A stretch of 64,000 bases of DNA from Cyanobacteria bacterium P01_A01_bin.123 (GTDB lineage Bacteria; Cyanobacteriota; Cyanobacteriia; Phormidesmidales; Phormidesmidaceae), in contig JBCBZT010000044.1 in the NCBI GenBank assembly GCA_039815185.1, positions 1-64,000 of the forward strand, read 5' to 3'. Both the position numbers and the translations under genes were made by a program. The notes under the pieces are model-generated. The model had not been told where the DNA came from and made no database searches. It saw only the letters and a list, made by a program, of their open reading frames with translations. Within the stretch, counting starts at the first letter, position 1, and every line of letters starts with the position of its first letter. Positions 17,290-27,423 of the stretch are shown here, piece after piece.

Positions 17290-18210
17290 ATGAATCAACC
17301 TAATTTCTTGATTGTAGGAGCTGCTCGCTCAGGCACTACAGCACTGCACTATTATCTAGCGCAGCATCCAGATATTTTTATGAGTGCTCGTAAAGAGCCT
17401 AACTTCTTTGCTTATCAAGATGGCACATTTGATTTTCCTTATCCAGGAGATGCTGAAGGTAAAGCCAAGCTTTTAGATTATTCAGTAACCAACTTTGAGA
17501 GTTATTTAGAGCTGTTTAAAGGGGCTACAGATGTAGCAGCGGTTGGTGAAGCCTCACCCTACTATCTATTAAGTGAACAAGCGCCTGATCGGATTCAGAA
17601 TCGACTACCAAATGTCAAATTGATTATGATTCTGCGCGATCCGGTTGATCGGGCTTATTCTCATTTCTTACAAGCCGCTCGGAGTGGAAACTTTAATCCC
17701 GACGACTTTCCCAATTTGTTGAAAGCAGAGGAAGCCGAAAATCATTGGGGGTGGGCCCGTCATTGCGTATATATTAGCCAGTATTATACACAGATAAGCA
17801 ACTATCTAGAAAGCTTTGATCTTGATCAGATTAAAATTTATCTCTATGATGATCTCAAAACCAACCCTGATGAACTCATAGAAAGTATCTGTAATTTCCT
17901 TGAGGTAGACACAGAGTTTGAGCTTGACGTATCGCTGCAATACAACAAATCTGGAGTCCCTAAAAATAAAATTTTAGACTTACTGCTTTCACGAAAAAAT
18001 ATTCTTAAACCTCTTCTAAAAAATGCTCTTCCAGGAAGCATAGTCAATATCCTAGCAAAATTTCAAAACCGCGTTCAAAACTATAACTTATATAAACCGC
18101 CTGCAATTTCTCCAGAATTTCGAGCATTTTTAGTTGAGCGATATTTTCGTGAAGATATACTAGGTTTGCAAACTCTAATCCAGCGTGATCTCTCAGCCTG
18201 GTTATTGTGA
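17290..18210 (+). CDS. PAPS-dependent sulfotransferase
   Basis: PNFLIVGAARSGTT, KEPNFF, GEASPYY, LRDPVDRAYS. Confidence 0.9.
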   Translation: MNQPNFLIVGAARSGTTALHYYLAQHPDIFMSARKEPNFFAYQDGTFDFPYPGDAEGKAKLLDYSVTNFESYLELFKGATDVAAVGEASPYYLLSEQAPDRIQNRLPNVKLIMILRDPVDRAYSHFLQAARSGNFNPDDFPNLLKAEEAENHWGWARHCVYISQYYTQISNYLESFDLDQIKIYLYDDLKTNPDELIESICNFLEVDTEFELDVSLQYNKSGVPKNKILDLLLSRKNILKPLLKNALPGSIVNILAKFQNRVQNYNLYKPPAISPEFRAFLVERYFREDILGLQTLIQRDLSAWLL

Positions 18211-18241
18211 TTCTGATGCTATGTATACCGTTAGCCGTCAA

Positions 18242-19405
18242 ATGAATAATACTCCTAAAGTGGCTTGGTTATTACCGGTAACCTGGTTTTACTGGCAACC
18301 AACCTTGAGTAAATTTACTCAACTCTTCCCAAAGACTCAAATTTTCACAGCCCTTTGGCCAGGATATGCCCAAGGGTTTGAAGATACTTTAAAGGTTGAG
18401 GTGTTAGGTGAATTCAAGGTTTTAAAGACCCCTGAAAAACGTCGAAAATATGGCACTCATTTTAAGGGAATGAGTTTGACCTTTACCCAGCTTCCTCTAA
18501 ATATCGTTAGCCACCTGTTGGAAGCAAAACCCGATATTGTTTTTACTAGTTCCTTTGGGGTTTGGACACTGGCAGCGGCCTTACTAAAAGTAATTGGTCG
18601 TTGGAAGCTAGTCGTTGCCTATGAGGGGAGTTCCCCTCGGGCTGATCGTCTTGATTCTGCTCCGCATACGCTCTTGCGGAAAGCTGTTGTAAGCTCGGCA
18701 GACGCTTTCATTACGAATAGCCGCACAGGCCAGCAGTATCTGACTAACTTCCTCAACGCAGATGCGAAGCGGGTATTTGTTTTCCCTTACGAGATTCCGG
18801 CGGCTGAGTCATTACTAGTTAGTCAAGATGATACGCCAGTGATACCTCCAGATGAGCAAAGACCGATCTTCCTATTTGTTGGCCGTCTTATGCCCAGAAA
18901 AGGGGTACATACATTACTGGAAGCCTGTACATTGCTCAAACGCAGGGGCTACGATGGGCAATTTACTGTGCTGGTGGTTGGAGATGGTGAAGAACGTGAG
19001 TCGTTAGAAGCTATCAGCCAGGAGAATCAACTGGAAAGATGTGTGAAATGGCTGGGTAGAGTTGATTATGAGCAGATTAGTTGTTACTTTCGGCAGTCAG
19101 ACGTTTTTGTGTTGCCCACTTTAGAGGATACCTGGGGAGTCGTTGTTTTAGAGGCTATGTTAATGGGTAAGCCGGTGCTTTGTTCGACCGGTGCTGGCTC
19201 CTCTGAAATGATTACCCAGGGCAAAAATGGCTATGTTTTCACGCCTGAACAACCCGAGCAGCTCGCTGACATCATGGAAAAATTTATTGAATCTCCTGAA
19301 TTGGCTCAAAAGATGGGGAACTGCTCTCAGGAAATTATGGCGCGGTGCACGCCGGAGTCAGCCTCTCAAAACCTGGCCAAGGTTGTCACCTCGCTAACCC
19401 GATGA
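18242..19405 (+). CDS. Glycosyltransferase family 4
   Basis: LFVGRLMPRKG, PTLEDTWGVVVLEAM. Start placed at the ATG at 18242 (MNNTPKVAW); the track's start overlaps the previous gene. Confidence 0.88.
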   Translation: MNNTPKVAWLLPVTWFYWQPTLSKFTQLFPKTQIFTALWPGYAQGFEDTLKVEVLGEFKVLKTPEKRRKYGTHFKGMSLTFTQLPLNIVSHLLEAKPDIVFTSSFGVWTLAAALLKVIGRWKLVVAYEGSSPRADRLDSAPHTLLRKAVVSSADAFITNSRTGQQYLTNFLNADAKRVFVFPYEIPAAESLLVSQDDTPVIPPDEQRPIFLFVGRLMPRKGVHTLLEACTLLKRRGYDGQFTVLVVGDGEERESLEAISQENQLERCVKWLGRVDYEQISCYFRQSDVFVLPTLEDTWGVVVLEAMLMGKPVLCSTGAGSSEMITQGKNGYVFTPEQPEQLADIMEKFIESPELAQKMGNCSQEIMARCTPESASQNLAKVVTSLTR

Positions 19406-19593
19406 AGACCTTTAGCGGTTAAGGGTTATCTATGCAACCTCAAATATATCAAAAGTTGATTACAATTTTTGCTGTGCTAACAGCTAAGGTGCGTAAACAT
19501 CCACACACACGAGTTAACCTATGGCAGTAAAATTGCACTAGATTATTAGTTCCATAGAATCAGGCTAAATAGAACAAGCTAAATTTAATCAAT

Positions 19594-20733
19594 ATGCTTA
19601 TCAGTAATATGAATGTTGAAAAAGTTGCAATTTTCACCCACGGCATTCAAAAAGGTCCATTCGCTAGACTCAGCACGACCTTAGCTCGAGGGCTAAATCA
19701 GCTTGATATTGACTGTGATGTGGTTGTGCTAAATGCCAGGGAAGCTGATAAGGCAAAGTATTCCGATATTAAGGTATGTTCTCTTGAGGTTAGTCGTGCC
19801 CTGCTATCTCTACCAGCATTGGTTTCTTATTTAGATAAGCATCAGCCAGACATCATTTTTTCTATGCCTTGGTACTTTAATATCATTGCTATTTTGGCAA
19901 GGGTTTTTTCTAGGCACAAACCTAAGATTATTATTGGAGAGCACAATATTTGCAGTTTAGAGTCTCAGATTGAGCATGGGAGTTCCCTCAAAACCCGTTA
20001 TTTACCTATCTTGATGCGCTTAACTTATGGTCATAGCAATGGCTTGATTGGGGTTTGTCATGACACTGTCAAAGATTTAGTTGAGTACGTCAAAATTTCA
20101 CCTCATTTGCCTACCAAGGTTATTTCTAATCCTATCGATATTCAAGGTATTCAGGAAGAGTCCCAGGCTCCTGCTTCCCATGCTTGGTTCAACAATCCTG
20201 AAATGATGACGGTTTTAACCGTTGCTCGTATGGCAAAACAAAAACAGCTCGATGTTCTTTTAAAGACGTTCGCTAAAGTACTGGAGGTTGAGCCTACAGC
20301 CCGATTAATAATTTTAGGTGAGGGGCCTTTAAGGCCAGATTTAGAAGCTTTAGCCGAAAAACTTGAGATTCAAGACTATGTTTCTATGCCGGGATATGAT
20401 CCCAATCCCTACAGCTGCATGAGGAAGGCCGATGTGTTCGTATTAGCTTCAGCTTGGGAGGGATGCCCAGTGGCCTTAGAAGAAGCTTTAGCTTGTGGAA
20501 CTGCAGTGATCGTGAACGATGCACCGGGCGGGTCAAAGGATATTGTTAACCATGGAGAATTCGGGGTTGTTGTTCCCTCAGGAGACATCGATTCCTTATC
20601 AAAGAGTATTCTACAACTACTCACAGATGTTGCTTTAAAGGAGCACTATCAAAAGCAATCCCTGCAAAGGGCAAAATCTTTCGATTTTTTAGATATCACC
20701 CGTCAATATCTAGAGTTCGCTCAGTCTGTCTAA
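19594..20733 (+). CDS. Glycosyltransferase family 4
   Basis: VARMAKQKQ, ILGEGPLR, FVLASAWEGCPVALEEALACG. Confidence 0.88.
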   Translation: MLISNMNVEKVAIFTHGIQKGPFARLSTTLARGLNQLDIDCDVVVLNAREADKAKYSDIKVCSLEVSRALLSLPALVSYLDKHQPDIIFSMPWYFNIIAILARVFSRHKPKIIIGEHNICSLESQIEHGSSLKTRYLPILMRLTYGHSNGLIGVCHDTVKDLVEYVKISPHLPTKVISNPIDIQGIQEESQAPASHAWFNNPEMMTVLTVARMAKQKQLDVLLKTFAKVLEVEPTARLIILGEGPLRPDLEALAEKLEIQDYVSMPGYDPNPYSCMRKADVFVLASAWEGCPVALEEALACGTAVIVNDAPGGSKDIVNHGEFGVVVPSGDIDSLSKSILQLLTDVALKEHYQKQSLQRAKSFDFLDITRQYLEFAQSV

Positions 20734-20854
20734 ATACTACTTTAGATTATATGCATTGAACTTGACTTAACAGTTAAAATTGACTTACTAATTAAACTTA
20801 AATCAATAGATAGAAAAATCACACCTAAAGAACCACGAAAATTTTCGGCTATGG

Positions 20855-21796
20855 TTGATGAGGAAAAAAATGGCAGATACTTTAAGCGCTTTTCAGAATA
20901 ACAGAGTGTTATCCAAAACACTACATCATATATCGCCAAATTTAACTAAACCTGTGTTCATTATTTCTGCGCCTCGATCGGGTTCTAGTTACTTATACGA
21001 AATCGCACGAAAGATGCAAGGAGTCATTTCTTTTAATAGAGAGAATAGTGCTTTATGGTTTAGAGTTTTTCCGTATGCTGATGCCTCATGCGCATCAGAT
21101 TATATTGGGATCAAAGATTGTACGCCTAACAGATGCGCATCACTCAAGTCGCTCATTGCAACGAAAGCAGTTTTTGATCGAAAGCGTATTGATCGTGAGG
21201 TATTAATCAAAAACTTTGTTTTACGAAGATCAATGCGCTATATGGAAAAAACCATATCTAATTGTTTCCATTTAGATGCAATAGAGAAGATTTTTCCTGA
21301 CGCCATTTACATTCACTTGGTTCGCGATGGCAGAGATAATATATCCTCAATGATTGAAGGATGGAATACCTTTGTAAAGGTGGGGATAGACCTACCAACT
21401 TCTACCAAAATAAAGCACTGGGCATATGCAATGCCTCCAGGATGGCAGACACAAGTTGAGAAACCCATCGAAGAAATTTGTGCTTGGAGTTGGATTGAGC
21501 ACAATAGGTATGTGCTCGATAAATTTACTGGAAAATCCAATTCGGGAAACTATATTAGATTGTATTATGAAGATTTGCTGAGTAATCCTTTAAAGATGCT
21601 TGAAAAGATTTCTACCTTTGCAGATTTACCGACTTCAGAGCAAGCTTTTGCCTACATAAATTCTAAAAAATTGAGTTGGTCGGCAATCTCTCCACCGAAG
21701 AGAGATAAATGGAAGGAATTAAATCTCGAAAAAATTGAAAGAATTTCTCCAAAAATCGAACCTATGATGAAAAAGCTAGGATATTCAGGGATATAG
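20855..21796 (+). CDS. Sulfotransferase (Sulfotransfer_3-like)
   Basis: PVFIISAPRSGSS, MEKT, FPDAIYIHLVRDGRDNISS, YYEDL. Exact start uncertain. Confidence 0.85.
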   Translation: MMRKKMADTLSAFQNNRVLSKTLHHISPNLTKPVFIISAPRSGSSYLYEIARKMQGVISFNRENSALWFRVFPYADASCASDYIGIKDCTPNRCASLKSLIATKAVFDRKRIDREVLIKNFVLRRSMRYMEKTISNCFHLDAIEKIFPDAIYIHLVRDGRDNISSMIEGWNTFVKVGIDLPTSTKIKHWAYAMPPGWQTQVEKPIEEICAWSWIEHNRYVLDKFTGKSNSGNYIRLYYEDLLSNPLKMLEKISTFADLPTSEQAFAYINSKKLSWSAISPPKRDKWKELNLEKIERISPKIEPMMKKLGYSGI

Positions 21797-22240
21797 CTAG
21801 ATATCTTCCTATCTTAGGGAATCTATAATCTTTAGCAAATCTATGATAGAAAGTGTCAATTTAAACCATAATGACACTGTTCATTTTCAACATACAACGT
21901 TTCTGAGTCTAGCGAGCTAAAGGAATCACCCCGAATCCCTTAATGCTAGATGATAGGGTGTACCTCACCCAGTAGGGAAATGCTATGATTCCTATATTCA
22001 ATCCTAACGTCTAATTAGTCAGACTAGTAAAGGGTGTTATAAGTCCACAAGGATGATCCTTACTCGTCAACACTAAATCCTCTGAGCTTATCACCTCCAG
22101 TATTGGAGAACTAAGGGAAGTGATAAGAACAACTAATCATTTACAGGTAACTATTTAATATGAATGTCAACAAGATCAAATAGTTTTAGTTTAGTAATTA
22201 GCTATATTTATTTGTGTCGAAATCAATTAGGAAGCTTAAA

Positions 22241-22752
22241 ATGAGAGAACTTATATTTATACCATTAGGAAATAATTTACCTCGAATGAAGATCTTCGAT
22301 AAGATCTTTTCCTTATTTACCGTCTAGTTGGAATGAAAATAAGAGGAAAATGCACAATTTTTGGTTCGTTGGGTATTCGTCCACTTGGCGGTGCCAAAAA
22401 TATCGAGATTGGAAATGGAACCTTTATTAACGCCGAAATTCGTTTTGGAGTTCCTATCGACAATGTGATAATCGGAAAAAATGTCCAAATTGGTTCATGC
22501 GTAATGTTTGAAACTGTGAATCACGGCCTTGAACATTTGCCTGGCAATAGAAGGGCCGAATCAACAAAACCAATAATCATTGAAGATGAGGTTTGGATTG
22601 GAGGAGGCTCAATAATTCTTCAAAGTGTAACGATAAGTCGTGGTTCTGTTGTAGCAGCAGGTGCATTGGTAACTAAAAATGGTAACGCAAATATTGTCGT
22701 AGCAGGAGTTCCCGCAAGGCAAATACGTAAAATTAATGATGATGCACAGTAA
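22241..22752 (+). pseudogene. Hexapeptide-repeat (LbH) O-acyltransferase with an apparent 1-nt frameshift near 22307
   Basis: ATG at 22241 reads MRELIFIPLGNNLPRMKIFDKI and stops at 22325-22327. A shifted frame from 22309 reads FLIYRLVGMKIRGK... into LbH motifs (PIIIEDEVWIGGG, GSVVAAGALV, VAGVPARQIR). Confidence 0.7.
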
Positions 22753-23125
22753 AGTATCACACCATATTACAAGCCAATTCCCCTTCGTTATCGCTGATTT
22801 ATTTCTGTCGGTGGGGATCAATTTTATATGTGTGGCTGGCTGAACTATTTTAGTTTCAGGGGTTCCAGGCCATAAGTGGTTGATTAACCTTTGGCTCTAC
22901 CGATCCCTTTATGAAATGTCCATGACGAACATACCTGGCCGCTTAGAACGCCCAAAAGTCTTAAGAAGACAAGCATCTAATGTGATTACGCATATTGAAT
23001 CCCGGCGAGCTCAGGCTCTTTCGGTAAGCCCTGATTCGCCTTACTGTATTCTGCCAAGCTTTAGTATCAGAAAAATCGCTTAAAATCTAGTCAGAACTCT
23101 CAATATTCTTGTGACATATAAAGCA

Positions 23126-23157
23126 AATGATCTGAGCTATTAATGATCTGAGCTATT
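23126..23157. repeat. Perfect 16-bp tandem duplication
   Basis: aatgatctgagctatt x2. Confidence 0.9.
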
Positions 23158-23470
23158 TTTTAGATTAGCTTTAAAGTAAGACTTTATCTATCACGATTGA
23201 TAAAAATTACTCTGTTAGCAAGCCGAAAATATACTCCTAGAATGACCACGTCTATATGTGTAGTATCCGCAGTTGTATCAAAGTCTTGCCGTGGAATTTT
23301 GAGAATTATCTGTATTAAATATAAACTGCCTTTATTTATGATTTCTAAGATCTTTGCTTTTACCTTTTTTAGACTATCCAATATATTCCGATGCAAAGTG
23401 ATAAGGAAGCCTAGCATGTTGAAAACTCAAAAGATATCACATTCAGTAAAGGATTAAATCAGAATAGACT

Positions 23471-24772
23471 ATGACTTCCTCAAAAGACAAAACTAATCAC
23501 AATGCTGGACAGCAAAATCAGCAAAGAGTTATGCTGTTTGATCTATCGGTGGGTGGGCATCATCCAAGTTATATCCTCTATTTGATTCAGTATTGGTGCG
23601 AACATAATCTGTCTGGTAATCTTGATATTGTAATATCGCCTGACTTTATGAAAAGGCATTTTGATGTAGTTGAATCAGCTCAAGCATATCGAGATACATC
23701 CGTTCAATTTATTCCGATTAGTTCTCGCGAGAAAGCTGAGCTATTGTCTCATGATTCTTCGTTAAAGGCCGCGAAACGGTCTTTTCAAGAATGGAGACTG
23801 ATGTGCAAATATGCCAAGAAGTTGAGAAGTAACCATATCTTTTTGATGTATTTTGATACTGCTATAGTGCCTTTTATTTTTAGCCAAAAGCCTCCCTGTG
23901 TTATTTCTGGCATTTATTTTCGACCTACGTTCCACTATCGCCGTTTTCCAGAACATATATCTCTGCTAAAAGATCGATTTCAGACTTGGCGAGAATATTT
24001 CAACCTTTCTCAGATTCTTGGTAATCCTAAACTGCACACGCTTTTCAGCCTCGATCCGCTTGCTGTTGAGTCAATTCGTCAGTTTTCGAAGCGAGACAAT
24101 GTGTTTCCACTGGCTGATCCGGTCAAGCTTTATGCCATTCCTGATATGAGAGTGCAGCAACTTAAGGCCGAGCTTGGAATTGAGCCTAATACAAAAAAGG
24201 TATTCTTGCTATTTGGAGCGTTATCTCGACGCAAAGGAATCCATCATTTACTTGAAGCTATACCGCTGTTACCGAAGGCTATATCAAGCCAAATTTGCCT
24301 TTTACTGGTAGGTAGTCTAGGCTCCAATGCGGATGATAAGTCGTTCTTGCAAGAGCGGTTAGCGAGACTCGCTATTAAAAATGCTCTTCAAGTTATCATA
24401 GTAGACCAGTTTATTCCTGAGTCAAATATACAGGTTTATTTTAAAATTTCTGACATTATTTTGGCACTTTATCAGCGACATGTTGGGATGAGTGGCATCT
24501 TAAACAGGGCCGCTATTGCGACAAAGCCAGTGCTTTCCACAAATTATGGCCTCATGGGTGAACTTACCCGTCGTTATAAGCTTGGTTTAACTCTGGACTC
24601 TACTCAACCCCAGGATATTGCCAATAGTTTAAGTCGATGCATTCAAGAGCGGCCAGAATGCTGGATTGATCCAAAACTAATGCAGCAATTTGCTAATCAG
24701 AATGATGTAGAGCGCTTTTCAAAAGCTGTGTTTGAGCATATTTCCCAATCACCACCTCTGTCTACAAAATAG
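23471..24772 (+). CDS. Glycosyltransferase (GT-B, family 4-like)
   Basis: GGHHPSY N-terminus, LLFGALSRRKG, YQRHVGMSGIL..AA...KPV. Confidence 0.82.
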   Translation: MTSSKDKTNHNAGQQNQQRVMLFDLSVGGHHPSYILYLIQYWCEHNLSGNLDIVISPDFMKRHFDVVESAQAYRDTSVQFIPISSREKAELLSHDSSLKAAKRSFQEWRLMCKYAKKLRSNHIFLMYFDTAIVPFIFSQKPPCVISGIYFRPTFHYRRFPEHISLLKDRFQTWREYFNLSQILGNPKLHTLFSLDPLAVESIRQFSKRDNVFPLADPVKLYAIPDMRVQQLKAELGIEPNTKKVFLLFGALSRRKGIHHLLEAIPLLPKAISSQICLLLVGSLGSNADDKSFLQERLARLAIKNALQVIIVDQFIPESNIQVYFKISDIILALYQRHVGMSGILNRAAIATKPVLSTNYGLMGELTRRYKLGLTLDSTQPQDIANSLSRCIQERPECWIDPKLMQQFANQNDVERFSKAVFEHISQSPPLSTK

Positions 24773-24793
24773 GCTGTGGCTGAGGTGGTGATT
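24747..24793. terminator. Inverted repeat at the junction of the two convergent polysaccharide arms
   Basis: aatcaccacctc (24747-24758) and gaggtggtgatt (24782-24793) form a perfect 12-bp inverted repeat. Confidence 0.55.
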
Positions 24794-24802
24794 ACAGATA
24801 CT

Positions 24803-25633
24803 CTATGTGTTTGCCTGGATGAGCGTTTTATAAATTGTTTCGGCTTGCTGACGAAGTTTTGAAAACGCTTCTGAATAAAATTGAGCTTGAATATCCTGCT
24901 TCATTGCCTTGCGGAGTTTTGAGGGGCGGCAGACTACTTTTTCCGAAACAGCGCCAAACGCATATTGATAGCCTTCTTCAATAAGTTCAAAACAGCGATT
25001 TACATTCTCTTCAGTGTGATCAAATTTCTCAAAGTTTGTATTGAATCTGTCATTTAGAGCATTAATCACACTGCCATAGTCAGACGTCACATCATCAAAT
25101 TTAGCGACAATTACTTTTTCTCGGTAAGGTAAGATAGCTTTGTAGAAGCTGATGTATTCTTTTAACGATTGACCAATGCCTAGAGATGGATCGAAATCTC
25201 CGATCAGATAAGATACGATTGCTGCTTCAGGTTCTCGGATCAAAACAAGAGTTGGAATATCCATCTTTGCCGCAGCAACAACCTGTGCCGCAGCATGGGT
25301 ATGATGACCAATTTTTACCGGTTCTGGCTGGGCCATTTTAAATGCAATGTGGGCAAACGTGTTGCCCATACGTGGAAATCCTTCAATGACAACAGCAGTA
25401 TCCCGCGTGACGGGATCAGGAGCCGCAGGTTCGGGACCACTAATTGTGATGTTGTACTGCTTACGCCAGCGGCTCCACCGCCATCGCGCCAGGGGTAAAA
25501 AAAGGATGGGATACTGGCGACTAAAATTTCGCAGTTTGTAGTAGAGAGAAGGGGGGATCCTGCGCCTGAGCAAATACTGAGTCGCCTGATAAGCTTCGGT
25601 ATTTGAATTGTTGCTTGGCGTCGTACTGGTCAT
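24803..25633 (-). CDS. Sulfotransferase-like protein (divergent)
   Basis: VIEGFPRMGNTF resembles a PSB loop (GxPRSGxT); LIREPEAAIVSY resembles a 3'-PB motif; KFDDV. Confidence 0.6.
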   Translation of the reverse strand: MTSTTPSNNSNTEAYQATQYLLRRRIPPSLYYKLRNFSRQYPILFLPLARWRWSRWRKQYNITISGPEPAAPDPVTRDTAVVIEGFPRMGNTFAHIAFKMAQPEPVKIGHHTHAAAQVVAAAKMDIPTLVLIREPEAAIVSYLIGDFDPSLGIGQSLKEYISFYKAILPYREKVIVAKFDDVTSDYGSVINALNDRFNTNFEKFDHTEENVNRCFELIEEGYQYAFGAVSEKVVCRPSKLRKAMKQDIQAQFYSEAFSKLRQQAETIYKTLIQANT

Positions 25634-25762
25634 TTAATCGGCCTCAAATGATTGTTTAATTGTTTTGCTAAGTAGAAACCAGGATCTCGATCAAATTTTT
25701 ATAGAGAATTAGGGAGAGATGGGCAGGTTGTAGACCTAAACTTGAGAAAGGAGATGCATAAC

Positions 25763-27115
25763 CTATTTGGATTTCATCTGCATCTTAGCTAAACGATCTT
25801 CTTGCCATCGCAAACCGATGATTGCTGCTATTGACAACATGTAACCAGGCTCTTCCATCTGGCTAAAAATAAAACCAAACACGACAACTGTTAGTAGCAA
25901 AAAGCGGCATAAATCATCTGTGCAGAGACGACGCCAGAGAATTGAAGCGAGATATAAGTATGAACCCAAACCCAAGAAACCCAAATCTCCCCAAATGCCA
26001 GCCCAGCCAAACAGGGGAGAAAACATGCTAGAACGGCTGCCGATGTAATAGGCACCAACCTGCTCCCAAACATCAGTACTAGCTTGGTGGCGTGTTGCGA
26101 ACGCGCCAAATAAAGATTCGTATTTCCGAAGTAGCCACCCCCCTAAACGGCCAACCGTATGTCCTGGGCCGAGACCCAAGAACCAGTTTAACGGAGATTC
26201 GTAGTGTTGTGGTATCACTCGAAAAACGGATGTTTTCAACATAGTGGCGTCGCCGTCAGGGCCGTAAAGCTCGGGTTTCATCCAAACATTAAAGGCTGAA
26301 AAAGCAGGCAAATTCTGAAGACACCAGTGAAAAGCAAACCCGAAGACGACGGCAAAGATCAGATATTGCATGACCTTACCGACATCTTGTGCTTTTAATA
26401 ATACCAGCAGAACCCCAGCTACCATAAAAGCCAGCAAAACCTGCTTGGCATCTGCCAATAAGAGTTGCCACATAGCTAGGGCCGCAACGCCAAAACGTAT
26501 CCAAATAGGTGAAGCTTTAGCATGTAGCAGGTAGTAAGCTGCAACTGAGAGAGATACTGAAGCCCCTACAACATGCCCAGCACCCGACAGAAAAAACACA
26601 CCTTGAATATTGTCAGAAGGGGCTAACCCTGTGTGTCTTAAATGCAACCTTAAAATATAGCGTTGCACCATGGCCAATGTGATGTGAAATAGCCAAAAGT
26701 AGACCAGCCCTTTTCTAAATACCTGAAATTGCTTTGACTCTACAGCAAGACTTACAATGCAGGCAGTCAGTATGAATGGTTCTGCTAACAGAAGAAATCC
26801 TAGAATGACATTTACTTCACCTGCACCATTTAAAAGTGAGCTGGCGAGAATCACAATCAGCAATAAAACCAATCCAGAACTGAGTTCTGAGATAACAATT
26901 TTCTGTTTCTTACTGACCCTTTTGCTTTTACTTAAAACAACCGCAAATACAAATGGAATTACTAAGAAGTGAAGAAAGTTAATGGCTGAAGGAGCCCCGA
27001 AGCTGTCTAGCAGTCTGGGGAAAAAAGCACTAGCGAAAGCAAATAAAACTAGCTTGGAATTGCTCAGGTTTCCTTGCTTTTTTTGAGATTCAGATTTTGC
27101 AAGTATTGCTTTCAT
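25763..27115 (-). CDS. Polytopic membrane protein, probable Wzy-type polysaccharide polymerase
   Basis: About 11-12 hydrophobic segments, FLGLGPG in a large late loop, GDLGFLGL. Located in a Wzx-containing cluster. Confidence 0.6.
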   Translation of the reverse strand: MKAILAKSESQKKQGNLSNSKLVLFAFASAFFPRLLDSFGAPSAINFLHFLVIPFVFAVVLSKSKRVSKKQKIVISELSSGLVLLLIVILASSLLNGAGEVNVILGFLLLAEPFILTACIVSLAVESKQFQVFRKGLVYFWLFHITLAMVQRYILRLHLRHTGLAPSDNIQGVFFLSGAGHVVGASVSLSVAAYYLLHAKASPIWIRFGVAALAMWQLLLADAKQVLLAFMVAGVLLVLLKAQDVGKVMQYLIFAVVFGFAFHWCLQNLPAFSAFNVWMKPELYGPDGDATMLKTSVFRVIPQHYESPLNWFLGLGPGHTVGRLGGWLLRKYESLFGAFATRHQASTDVWEQVGAYYIGSRSSMFSPLFGWAGIWGDLGFLGLGSYLYLASILWRRLCTDDLCRFLLLTVVVFGFIFSQMEEPGYMLSIAAIIGLRWQEDRLAKMQMKSK

Positions 27116-27423
27116 TTCAGTTGAATTTCACCCTGGCAAAAACCCCTTTAGGGTTCGTCCTTTGTAAACTACTGTTGTTAAAAAACTTGACATGCCTTGC
27201 CTCGGGAAATGTGAAAATAATGGGAGTTTTTGAAAAATACTGGAGGGATGAAAGTTGAACCCTGGAGGGATGAAATTTGAATCATATATGAATGGCCAGA
27301 AAGAGGTGATAACGCTCATTAGATATAGTAACGCCTCCTCTCAGGAACTATCTGGCCGTACCAGATTAGCTTAATCAAGTCTTCATGCTTTCAATCAGAA
27401 TTTGTAAGTGAAACGGTTCTTCA

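Noticed and set aside
22880..23457. Short ORFs (67-86 aa) in the AT-rich spacer
   Set aside because: No recognisable motifs, non-ATG starts and mutual overlap; likely spurious.
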